Below, piece after piece: positions 13,728-28,309 of a stretch of DNA of 64,000 nt. The stretch covers positions 230,634-294,633 of the forward strand of contig NIVC01001410.1 of NCBI GenBank assembly GCA_002269645.1. The letters are read 5' to 3'. Both the position numbers and the translations under genes were made by a program. This DNA comes from Macrostomum lignano (Eukaryota). Position 1 is the first letter of the stretch. Each line of letters begins with the position of its first letter. The notes under the pieces were generated by a model. The model did no database searches, was not told where the DNA came from, and saw nothing but the letters and a program-made list of their open reading frames with translations.

Positions 13728-14227
13728 CAGGTAGGCTGTTTCCCATCTCCAGCCCAAGTCAGTGTCAGAGATCAAAGCCAGTCTGAGTTCCCCAGAGCAT
13801 GTCCTGTTGTCTTTGTCCTCAGTAAACCCGCGTTCAAATAATCCGGTTGGTCTCCCGCCTCAAAGCCGGTTGCTGTCGGCTTTTTAAAACAAATCTCTTT
13901 TTAGAAGGTGGGGCAAACTGGACACGGCATGGTGGCGTCGGGTTTCGGCGCTGACTTCCTCATGATGATGGGCTGGCCAGTACAAGATGCGCAGCTGGAG
14001 AGGGAAGCTGGAAACTAATTAGCAAAGTCAAGATGATGGCGTTTTAATCATTTTTTCACAATCCTCTCTCTCTCCCTCACGAATAAAATATACTTGGTTC
14101 GCCTAGGTAACAAAACTCGGGGATTAGAGAGGCAGGACTTTCGATTTCATCTCCATCATAACGTCGCTCAAGTACTTTTATTTGTTTATAAACTTTTGAG
14201 AAGCTTTTGAGTTTATATACTGTCAGT

Positions 14228-14358
14228 CTCGCCTCAGTGGCAGCATAAACTTCATAAACACTCAGCTCTCACCTCAGTGGCAGAATAAACTTCATAAACA
14301 CTCAGCTCTCACCTCAGTGGCAACATAAACTTCATAAACACTCAGCTCTCACCTCAGC
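14228..14358. repeat. 40-bp tandem repeat (~3.3 copies)
   Basis: Unit CTCACCTCAGTGGCAGAATAAACTTCATAAACACTCAGCT. Confidence 0.9.
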
Positions 14359-15321
14359 GGCCCAGATTCAACAAAACAGCTCACTAGCTCATCGCACAGC
14401 TAGCTGTCAGCCAGAGCTTATCTGTCAATCATTCACTTGGCTTACCCAGCAAGCCATTCGGTCACCCAGCCGAGCACAACAAACAAAGCCATCGCTCATT
14501 CTGAGGTAATTACCCCGGTGCCGACAGGGCCGCCGACTGACTGACTGATGACAGAGCTTGCGAGATTATAATAAGGCAAAGACGGCCTGGCCTGCACAGA
14601 TAAAAAGTTATGGCCTATTTTTGCTACAAACCCCCTGGGCACGGGGGGCACTGGGAACAAAATAAGAAGGGCCGAGGCACACAAAAAGAACAAAAAAGGC
14701 GCAATCCCGACCTGGAACAGAATCCCGATACAGTTCACTGTCTGTAGACGCGGAAACTGCCTGAGCTCTGAGCTCTCGAGTATCTGAGGGGACTCTGGCC
14801 TACTCGCACTCTGCAATGCAGTCTGCTGCCTTTGGGCCGCTCAGATTTCGCTGCTGGCTTGGCATAATTGAACTCAATGACCAGATGGGAACTCTAATAA
14901 ATCAATGCTGACCAGGGGGGCGCCGCCTTTCACTTGGGCGCTGGTCGATACAAGCGCTGCACCGGCTTGGCTCGGAATGCCCGTCAAATGTCCCGAACTG
15001 TCCCGAATCGCCTCCGTGCAGGTTATCGCTGTTGGTCTCGGCTTTCGCTTCTTCTAGTAAGCCAGCAGATTTGTGTCCGTTTTCTGGGAGAAACACTGCA
15101 CACTCTGCTGAGGGTCCTATTGATCTGTCTCTGGTGTGTGAAACTGGAGACAGGAACGAACGGGGATAGGGCTAAGATGCTGATAAAAAATCAAATTGAT
15201 TTTGTCAATCTGGAGTTCCTTGTTGACGGATGCAAAGAAAATCTGCTTCGCCACCTTCTGCTTTTGTGTGGCAGATTTTAATTAACTGAAACTGCAACTT
15301 AAACTGCAACTGCAACTGCAG

Positions 15322-15560
15322 ACAGAGAGAAGAGGAGAGAAGAGGAGAGGAGAGGAGAGGAGAGGAGAGGAAAGGAGAGGAGAGGAGAGAGTAGAGAGGA
15401 GAGGAGAGGAGAGGAGAGAGTAGAGAGGAGAGGAGAGGAGAGGAGAGGAGAGGAGAGGAGAGGAGAGGAGAGAGTAGAGAGGAGAGGAGAGGAGAGGAGA
15501 GAGTAGAGAGGAGAGGAGAGGAGAGGAGAGGAGAGAGAGTAGAGAAAAAAGAAGAGAAGA
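15322..15560. repeat. (GAGAG)n polypurine microsatellite
   Basis: Read directly. Confidence 0.95.
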
Positions 15561-16157
15561 AGAGGGTGAGACGATAGTTGAGGGATGAAGCCGTAGCCAG
15601 TGGCGATTTCGATGCAGCTGGAAGGACTGCAGTGAAGGTGATTTTGAAATGCAATGCGGCAGCTGAAAAAGCAGGGAAATAATTGGGAGGTAATACGCTC
15701 GTAGATATAGGGATTTCTAATTCCGGCAATCAAGTGCCGCAGGTGCTTGTGGTGCCAACATGTTGCTCAGAGCTCAAAGCTAACGATGCAGCCACTCCAG
15801 CTGCTGCTGAATAATTGAAGCAGAAAATGGCGGTATTTTTGGGGAAAAATTCCGAAAAACTGGAATACGAGCTACAATTTTGATGACGAGAGAGCGATCG
15901 CTACAACAAAACTGCCTTCGATGCTGACTCTGGGGAGTTGGAGGCTGCATTGGGAGCGAGGGAAACTCGAAATGCATCGCGAAGAAAATGTGAAATTTGA
16001 GCAGAAGATTATATAAGGACAGTCGTAACTGGCTTGACTTGGGACTGCGCTAATGTGCTCTGTTTCTCCCAGGCTGAGCAATGAGCTTGAGCAAACATGC
16101 CGGGATCTGATGCTGGTTAATAAGAGTTCACCATGGCTCAGCAGCTCCGCTAAGATA

Positions 16158-16498
<341 letters not shown>

Positions 16499-17490
16499 CA
16501 GTGTTTGTGCACTGCAGCACACTGAAGTACACAAAGGCCAGCTTTAATTCAGTAAAAGGATGGAGTAGCCTCTGCTACACTGACTGACTTGTCCCGACAA
16601 GACGTTAATGGCCCGCCCCGCTAGCAGAGAATGCTGTTAAAACTGGCCACTCCAGCGCAGTTTGACTCAATTCATTCGCAGCTCGCGGCGACCCCTCGAG
16701 CGCTTTCCGGAGCGCCTTCGGCAGCGGAGCAGGCAAGTGTCAAAAGCCGGATGGAATTCAGAGAAAGAGGAGAGAGTTTTGTGGGGGGGGACAGAGAGAC
16801 TGGGTGATGAGTGTGACAACTGAAGGCCGCGGAGGGCCCGACTCACTGACTGGCAGGTCACCCCCCGCTAAGAAGAGGTGAGGAGAGAGGGGGAGCGGGC
16901 GGGACAGACGGACAGGTAGCTGACTGATGAAAATAAAAGAGTTTTGCAAGCCACTGCAGCGACAGCGGCACAACACGGGAGAAAGCTGAAGGAGGGAGGT
17001 GAGGCGGTCCTGAGATATAGAGAGGGGAATATTAGGAGCAGGGAATTAGTGGGATAAAGATGCTGAAGTACGGGATAAGCCGGGCCAAATGCTGCCTATA
17101 GCAGAAGTGATATGCATTGAGGCTGTGCTCAGCCCGTGAAGCACGCGCCGACTCAAACGCAGAGCTGGCAGCATGAATGAATGAGCGAAATTTGCTCACC
17201 GAACTGGGACGGGCTGAGCTCAGGGCTGCGATGCCGGGGCAGAAACTTGAGGACGGGTCCTTGTTGCAGTCTGCACCTCCCCCTTCTCCTAGTCATCTCC
17301 AACTCTCCAACTGCAGTTTTTTTTGCTTTTCCTCCCGTCTTCTCAACAGCGCTGCTCCGGCGTCGCCATTGGCTGGCACTGGCCGGAGGGTGGCGCGGCA
17401 GAGCGGCCTCATCCCGCCGTTCGACTACAAGCGGGAGGCTCGACCTTGAGAAGCTGCGCGCAGATACTCAACAACCGATTCACCTCGAAG

Positions 17491-20528
<3,038 letters not shown>

Positions 20529-20764
20529 AGTATTGTCGACTGGCGCCGTTTCTCTGCCTCCTCGCCTCTGTTTGACCTCTCTTTGCTTTTTGCTGTGTCC
20601 CGGCCTCCCCAATTGCGGGGGCGGTGGGCAGCGGACTCAAAGTCCCTGGGTTCGAGTCCGATTCTGATGCCACATCTATAAGGTCTAAGCCTTGTCGTAC
20701 GATTCTTGACGGGTGAAACAAGGTTACTGGGTTACTTGCTGTGTGTGGATATTTGTGCTCTTTT

Positions 20765-21160
20765 AACCCAGGAATCGAACCCAGGAATCGAACCCAGGAA
20801 TCGAACCCAGGAATCGAACCCAGGAATTGAACCCAGGAATCGAACCCAGGAATCGAACCCAGGAATCGAACCCAGGAATCGAACCCAGGAATTGAACCCA
20901 GGAATCGAACCCAGGATTTGAACCCAGGATCGAACCCAGGAATCGAACCCAGGATTTGAACCCAGGATCGAACCCAGGATCGAACCCAGGAATCGAACCC
21001 AGGAATCGAACCCAGGAATCGAACCCAGGAATCGAACCCAGGAATCGAACCCAGGATTTGAACCCAGGAATCGAACCCAGGATTTGAACCCAGGAATCGA
21101 ACGCAGGAATCAACCCCAGGAATCGAACCTAGGACCCGGACGCATAACCACTCCGCTTAC
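20765..21160 (-). repeat. tRNA/SINE-like head with its B box amplified as a 13-bp tandem repeat (~28 copies)
   Basis: The minus strand reads AGCGGAGTGGTTATGCGTCCGGGTCCTAGGTTCGATTCC... (A-box-like, then B-box-like), followed by (GGGTTCGATTCCT)n. Confidence 0.7.
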
Positions 21161-22154
21161 TAGCAGATTAAAGTAACCATAAGTCCCGGATGTCACAGGA
21201 ATGCACAAATCTATCCCCATAAACTTCTGTGTATTGATTTTCCAACACTACCTTTTTCTGCGCCTCGTTCATCATTTTTCTGCTTCTCTTGCTGTCTGCT
21301 TTGCCTCGAATTGTTCAAGCTTTGCTTTGCCGCAGAATCGAAAGCTTCTGCTAATCCCACTTGCACCGCTGCGCTAACCAATTAGCAAATTCAGTTTCAG
21401 AATTTTATAATACAGACAGATATACTACTGCAAGTATGCGGCTGGTTTAAGCAGCTTTTCTCGTACGGTATCGAATAGAATGCGAAATATGGAAATCATT
21501 TTTTTAAATCCGAAAATATAATTAATTAAATCGCTCTTGCAGTCGAGCCGATTCAAACAAATTCATCAACTCATCTGCGCAGACTGAGAGGCTTTTCATC
21601 TTTTGGCTGCACTTTTGATGGCATCAGTTTTGCGCGGCGCGTACAAAAGTATAAACAATATTTTGCTGACTCCTTTGCTAAAGGATCATCTGCGCCACCT
21701 GGGCATCGCGCCTCTCCAAGTCCTTGCTGTCGGCTAAAGAGAACCCGGATATGTAGGAAAAAATTAAGTGGAATTTGAGAGACAAAAGGGAAAGAAAAGT
21801 AGCGCCGAGTCGTGGCCAGAGTACACCATCTCTATTAGGCTGCTCCAACTGCTTGGCTGTGGTGCAGTTGTTTTTCTTTCAAAAAGCAGAGTTTTTGCCT
21901 GAGATTATGGGGGGGGGGCTGAATTTCGTCTTCTCTCTTTTAACAATGCCGCAACTTTGAGTACGCGCGGCAGACTCTGCGTCTCTTCTGCAAACTGAGT
22001 TGGAGGCGGGCGGGAGGGGCCTGAGGGAAGGTCGAGAGACAATGCGAGGGCGGACGCGGGCGAAACTTCGGCTTAAATTGCGGGCAGCTCAGAGGCAGCT
22101 GCTCAATAGAGACCGGCTTGGCGCAATTCTCAACCCGAGGCGGCACAGGCGACG

Positions 22155-23963
22155 ATGGCGAGCTCAAGGATTGACCGGCAGGTGAGCACTGAGCAGGCCA
22201 CCCGCAGCTGCGTGAACTGGATCGCCCTGCTGCTGGACTCCGAGGTCCGCCCGGACTCGACGGACTCCGCCTTCGCCGAGGTCATGGCGCTGCTCCACTC
22301 GCCGGCGCCAACCGAACGGTCGCTGAAGATGGCGCTGGCCGACGGCCGCCTGCTGGATCGGCTGGTCCAGCGAGTTGGCGTGGCGCCAATTGACGCTCCG
22401 AAATGCGCCGGCGCCGACGAACCGTTGAAGAAATTTGTGCTCTGGTTCGGCAGAAACTTCAACCTGGGCCGCGAAATTGACGCCACCAGGATCGACGCCA
22501 ACCTGATCGCCAGCTGCCTGAGCGAATTGGTCTGCCGGGCGGCCAGTCGAGACTCCAGCCTGCCGCTGTTCAACCTGAGCAGTTCGGGCCGCTTCGCAGA
22601 CATGCTGCTGCTGCCGGAGCCCGAGGCGGTCAGCCCGGTCGAGCTGGAGCTCGTGAAGATCATCAACTACTACCGGCTGGCCCTGGCCGTCGGGCAGCTG
22701 CTGGCCAAATCGCCGCTGTCCTACTGGCCCAAACAGCAGGTTGAAGACGCCTTCGCCTGTCACCGGCCGCTGCTCGACAAGTACTGCCAGATCCGGGCTG
22801 AGCTGGGCTCCGCACAGGAGGACAGGGACCTGGCCAGTCGGCTGGAGGCCGCCCTGCACCGACACTTGCCGGAGCTGGGCCAACTGCACGCCAAGCAGGT
22901 GAGCAGCTGGCAGCTGGTCAACGCGTTCAATGTGCACCAGTTGACCCAGAAGGAGCCCAGACGGCAGAGGCAGGTGCGACTGGCTCTGAAGCGGCTGACC
23001 TCGGGCGACCCCTACTGGTCCAACCGAAACATGGAGCAGCTGCAGCTGATGCCCGCATTCCATATAAAAAGTCTGCTGAATAAAGTCAACCAGATGGCAA
23101 ATCGCGGCAACAGCGAGCCGCTGAACCGCGCCAAGAAGCTGATTTCTAACGTGGACACCCGGCTCGATTTGCTGGTGGAAAGCCTGGAAGACCAGGTGAA
23201 GCCGAGCCTGTCTGCAATCCAAGGCCTGGGCAGTTTCAATCGGACGTTTAAAAATCTCGGGATTCTGAGGCTGCAAAATCTTACGGTGAACCTGGTTACT
23301 ATGCAGGCCGACCAGCAGCGCCGCATGAGGCTTCGCTGTCACCTGTGGGACGCGGCGCTCGCGCTGTCATGCCCGGAAACCGGCACCATTGAGAGGACTG
23401 TAGAGGTGACGCCCGACACAGAGTTCCTGCTGGCGAGCGGCGTCAATACGCTGCAAGTGCGGCAGCAATGGGGCCACCTGCTGCTGGCCTGCGACTCAAA
23501 GCCGGACTGCGAGGCGTTGCTGAACGCCGGCAATGCCGCCAAGCTCAGTCGCTACCCGAGGTGCGAGGCCAAAGGCCACAGCTTCCAGCAGAAGTTCTTC
23601 GACCCCGAAACCCTGTTCGAGAACAGCGAGTCCTGCTCTCGCTGCAGACAGGCGCTGGTGGGCTTCTGCTACGAGTGCAAAGGGGCCTGTGGCATGAAGC
23701 TGGACAAAGCCTGCATCGGAACCCTGTCGACCGACTGCAGGCGGGACGCCATCAGCCGCAGCCAGTCACTGTCGAGCAGGGCTGGCGCCGCGGTCGCCGC
23801 TGATCTTGCTGCGGCTGACCACAGCTCTGAGGTGAGTCGGCGACGAGTGCTGCATTCCATCGGCGGCAGCTCGACCAAGCAGCCGGCGACGATGGCGCGG
23901 CTTCAGTCGGACCCCAGCGGCAGGAACGTCGATGAGAGTGCGGTGGTTTACGATCGGATGTAG
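22155..23963 (+). CDS. Divergent Vav-family-like protein (CH-DH-PH-C1), 602 aa, intronless, no SH3/SH2
   Basis: 602-aa ORF with GC3-rich codons. N-terminal CH-like segment (SCVNWI...ALADGRLLDRLV; cf. Vav ALRDGVLLCQLL), helical DH-like region, PH-like region, and C1-like HSFQQKFF...CSRCRQALVGFCYECKGACGMKLDKACIGTLSTDC. Family assignment is by eye only. Confidence 0.75.
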   Translation: MASSRIDRQVSTEQATRSCVNWIALLLDSEVRPDSTDSAFAEVMALLHSPAPTERSLKMALADGRLLDRLVQRVGVAPIDAPKCAGADEPLKKFVLWFGRNFNLGREIDATRIDANLIASCLSELVCRAASRDSSLPLFNLSSSGRFADMLLLPEPEAVSPVELELVKIINYYRLALAVGQLLAKSPLSYWPKQQVEDAFACHRPLLDKYCQIRAELGSAQEDRDLASRLEAALHRHLPELGQLHAKQVSSWQLVNAFNVHQLTQKEPRRQRQVRLALKRLTSGDPYWSNRNMEQLQLMPAFHIKSLLNKVNQMANRGNSEPLNRAKKLISNVDTRLDLLVESLEDQVKPSLSAIQGLGSFNRTFKNLGILRLQNLTVNLVTMQADQQRRMRLRCHLWDAALALSCPETGTIERTVEVTPDTEFLLASGVNTLQVRQQWGHLLLACDSKPDCEALLNAGNAAKLSRYPRCEAKGHSFQQKFFDPETLFENSESCSRCRQALVGFCYECKGACGMKLDKACIGTLSTDCRRDAISRSQSLSSRAGAAVAADLAAADHSSEVSRRRVLHSIGGSSTKQPATMARLQSDPSGRNVDESAVVYDRM

Positions 23964-24559
23964 TGAGCTGGCGGAGATGCAACTTGCACTATATATATGC
24001 ATACTCAGCACTATATAAACAGTTGTCACCCACGGTACTCTAGGGCTGTAAGACATGCAGGAACAATATATTCGCTTTCAAACATCTATTTCAAACTTGT
24101 TGTTTTAACTCCAGCTTCTATTCCGTCAAATAATATCATCAAATTCGTTTCATCATAGCAGATAGCTTCCATTTCGTCATTGACGGTAAAATTATCAGAA
24201 ATTTAGCGCAACTCAAAATGTGTAGAAGTTAGCCAGGAATGCACTGAACAATCTGTAGTTTTTTAGCCACGCGTGTACTTAATGCTGTTTGCTGTTTGTT
24301 TGCTCGTTACCCGTTAGAACGCGTTCAATAATGCCATAAAATGGAGAAGTTTAAGCTTTAACTTCGATTCAACAGCGATGAGAAGTTCGAAAATATATAA
24401 GCATAGTAGTCGATGAGAAATAGTCCATTGTACAACGCTGCATACACAAAACACTTTTCCCTGTATAACTACGAGCTTATATTCAATTTATATTCTCTTG
24501 GTTATTTCCAAAAACGTCTCAAGCCAGTCAGTTGCTTAACCTTATTTTGTAAGAGCGTA

Positions 24560-25063
24560 CAGGGGCGTCGCCATGGATTTTATGGTGGGGACAAAGCCAA
24601 GAATTATACATGTACCTGTACATACATGCCTAAATTCCTACATGTACATTATTTTCAGAACCATGTAGTATTGTCAGCACTCATTTTAGCGCCGTAGGCA
24701 CTCATTTTGGCGCCGTAGGCACTCATTTTGGCGCCGAAGGCACTCATTTTGGCACCGCAGGCACTCATTTTGGCGCCGCAGGCACTCATTTTGGCGCCGC
24801 AGGCACTCATTTTGTCGCCGCAGGCGCTCATTTTAGCGCCGCAGGCAGTCATTTAGCGCCACAGGCACTCATTTTGGCGCCGCAGGCGCTCATTTTAGCG
24901 CCACAGGCACTCATTTTGTCGCCCTGTAGCAAAATTATCGACTTCGATAACGGGCCACAAGGTCAGGTGGGGGGGGGGGGACAGAGCATTGGCACGTCCC
25001 CCCCCCAGATCTTTTACTGGGGGCACATGTCCTCCTGCCCCCCCCCCCTTGGCGACGCCCCTG
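24560..25063. mobile_element. hAT-type MITE (504 bp) with internal 21-bp tandem repeat
   Basis: 14-bp TIR CAGGGGCGTCGCCA / TGGCGACGCCCCTG. Exact 8-bp TSD AGAGCGTA at 24552-24559 and 25064-25071. Internal GCACTCATTTTGGCGCCGCAG repeats at about 24676-24920. Confidence 0.92.
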
Positions 25064-25896
25064 AGAGCGTAGTAATAGCAAGATTAATTTGAACAGAAGT
25101 CAGTTAACTGCTTTTATCTTTATGATTATGAAAACGTGGAGTTGTTGTCTTTTCCGGAATCTTTATTTTTTCTTTGGCTTTTGTATCCTGCGATTTTATA
25201 TCTTTTTTTCATCTTTGGTTTGAGCCAGACACAATCCGAGTCAAGTTCAGACCTTAGTATTAATTATAATCGCACTTTGATTTTGAACAGATGAAAAGGT
25301 GAACATTATAACAAGAAAAAACTTTTTAAAATAACCAGATTGAAGACAGTCCCATGATGATGGCGAAAGCAAAAAACTGAGTTACCCAAGCGGCTGACAT
25401 GCCAACTACTTCATTCCGAGACAGTAAATGCCCTACCCTAGTACCTGTATAACCGATACCTGATGATGATGAGTTTAACAGGATGACAACGCAGGTTGGA
25501 AGAAAAGCTCTGTTACAACTTGACAGTTCAGTCGAGTCGAGAACTCGTTATAATTAATAATAATAGCATGAGCTTCCAGTCCAAGTAAAAATGGTGCCAA
25601 GGACTATTAACAAGTGGGTAGTTTAGCTATTGAGTAAGTCGGTAGCAAACAGGCGGTGCTTATTTGCAATGCAATGCCAAGTTGCAAGCAGTTGTTGCTA
25701 AATTTAGCTCCTCAAAACAGCCAATAGTAGCCCCAGTTTCAGCAGCAGAACTTTTGCACTCATTCTGCTTTGAAAGCTGAACAACTGCTTTGGGCATGCA
25801 TTCAAACAGCACATAATATACACCATAATTAAATGTAAAACGAATAGACATGTAACATTGTCTTCATTTTACTGAAGCAGTTCATCTCTCGACTGA

Positions 25897-26112
25897 TTAA
25901 GCAACTCCAAACAGGTGCGACACGATGCTGGCTCGATTGTGCAGCACCTCAGCGCAGAAGTTGTACATGCTGAAGAACACCCTCTTCTTGCGCTTGTCGT
26001 AATGAATGATGACATAATCGTCCTCCTCCGGCGTGGACGTCTCCAGTTCCGGGTCCAATTCGTCGACAAATTTCCAGACGGTCACTTCATCGTTGAATCG
26101 GACACTTTTCAT
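25897..26112 (-). CDS. Putative 71-aa microprotein with two RVxF-type motifs
   Basis: ATG at 26112: MKSVRFNDEVTVWKF...EEDDYVIIHYDKRKKRVFFSMYNFCAEVLHNRASIVSHLFGVA*. GC3-rich codons over much of the ORF. Possible acceptor AATTTCATCCAG just upstream. Confidence 0.5.
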   Translation of the reverse strand: MKSVRFNDEVTVWKFVDELDPELETSTPEEDDYVIIHYDKRKKRVFFSMYNFCAEVLHNRASIVSHLFGVA

Positions 26113-28309
26113 CGGGGGTTGGGCGCCGCCGGGCTGCCGCTGGATGAAATTAACGGCTTTGATTATAAGGACGGTGGATAAACCTCTGGCCGGTTTCTGG
26201 CGGCGTTGGCCTTTTGCGTTGTCGGAACAGCAGCACTCCAAGGGCTGGCTGGTGCCTCACGCTTTCGCGTTCGCGCCTGTCCGTGCGTTCGTGTGTTGTT
26301 TGTCTGCGCCTGTGACTTCTGGCTTAGACTTCTGGCCCGGGCCGCGCTCCGGCCTTTAAGTAATGCAACTTGGAGCCAGGCGCCCTCGGAGTGCGAGGGG
26401 GAGAGGGGGAAGGAAGGGCGGGCGTGTGTACAACCCGAACAGACGGGTTTCCAGTTGTGACCGGATTCAAAGGTCGGTCGAAAGGGTGAGGTGGGGGGCT
26501 GTCACGGGGTCCAGGCGATCGATATCAGTTCTCTGGTCGTGCAAGGCCGGCTTGTCTCTTGTTTATCAGTCTAACCAACCTCTACCACGGCCGACGCACG
26601 CTTTCAGCGCGTGAAACTCCTGACCAAACTTTGTGCGGGCAGGGCCGCCGCTCTATCCCTGCATGGCCTTGCATGCACAGTCTTCACTGGTGGGTGTCAC
26701 TTGTGGTCCGGGCCTGCCCAGGTGCGAGGTAAAGAGAATGACGTAATAGCTATCTTATCAAAACAGGCCAAGTCAGCAAAATAACTGGCACCATTAAATA
26801 CAATTCTTGCCCAGGCAACAAACCTGTGTACTGGTGTGATAAATACTGCAAAATTAACCAATAAAGTGCAACCATTCTAAAATAAGCAATGAGCTTTTTA
26901 ATCTGCGATAACAAAAATGACGGCGCTGTATCTGTCAAAAAACACATAAAATACATTCGAAGCGTGCTTTATTTGGTCGCCAATAGTTACAAGAGATAAT
27001 TAAGGTCGTTGTGTGGCCTCTCTCTTGCTTTCTGAATGTTGACTAATATACAAAACGTTACAGAAAAAGGCGTGTGCCTCGTGTTTTTTATCAATCGAGT
27101 CTTGACCGCCTCTTTTACATGTTTTTTGCGCCTCAAGCATTGCCATGCAGTTGCACAGCTGAGTTCACAGTTCAAATCAAATAAAATCAAAGGTGTGTAG
27201 TGGAAAGTGTACAGTACTTGTCGTTTCGGCTAAAATATATAATGAAAATTGGGCATTTAGTGTCGTTTGAGTAACCGTATTTTACTAAAACTTTCCACAG
27301 ACTAAAGTTTGAAATTTAAATTCAACTTCATTCTGTCGGAAAGTTACGACGTATTTTTAAACGTTAATACTATCGCTACCATGCAGATACGCTAAACAAT
27401 GCACTGAAAATTTACATAACCATATAGTCAGAGTGACGCGACTGCAGCGTCAACAGTAAATATTGATCGCTCTTGAAGGCGGCTAAGATCGCAGAAGGAG
27501 GACATCAACTTGACACTGGCCTAAACAGTCTGAACCTTCTATTGACAAAATACTACAAGAAACACACAGTCAGAAGTGCGCACACTATAGTCAATGGAAA
27601 ATTGACGCAAGATTATACAATGTTAAAACTACAGGCGCAAATCTTAAATTTGTTGGAATTTAAGAAGCCTCGAAAGACATACGAAAGTATTTACGAGCAT
27701 TGAACAGCAAATTCAAAAATATCAGCCATGTACACATCGATCGCCTTGAGGCCCTTCATGAGTGGGTTTTGGTGGTATAAATTCCAGTGCATGCTGGTAA
27801 CTAGTTGATATAAATAATGTTTACCAGTATAAAGATTCAAGATTGAAACCATTGGCTGTCGATACTCACAGAAATCAAGTTTCGTCCGTGTTCATACGGT
27901 TGCAGGGCTTTTTTTCACAGGATCATAGCTACACGTCGGTCAGGGTTTGTTAGGTTCGTGCCAATACCTGTGGCTTGGTACGACCGCGGTTACTCAAAAT
28001 GCAATCAGAAATCGTGTATGAAATAGCTCGTAAACCAGAAATTCCAGCTCTTGACAGCAATGCGTGAGAGTTGCAAAGACGTACATGTAAAATATAAGAA
28101 GATACGCTCTTGGATACAAACTTGGATATAGTTCGAAAAATAATAATTGTTTATGACCTGCATTGATGACTATTCTACTGTTAGTAGTGAAATATGCAAT
28201 CAAATTTATGAGTAAATACAAAAGCTATTTACGAATACTTATATAGCTCTCGTACAAATGATACAAAATCTACGATTTTCATACAAAAATACAAAAATAC
28301 AGCAAAAAA

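Noticed and set aside
14496-15281. Several 60-115-aa ORFs, one with a hydrophobic stretch
   Set aside because: No recognisable domain and no consistent splice structure or ATG context.
20620-20670. Intact tRNA gene
   Set aside because: A B box is present, but I could not build a cloverleaf or acceptor stem, so it is treated as SINE-like.
22164-23342. 392-aa antisense ORF
   Set aside because: It is the shadow of the GC3-rich Vav-like ORF on the opposite strand.
27473-28221. AT-rich short ORFs, possibly a decayed transposase
   Set aside because: No motif could be recognised.
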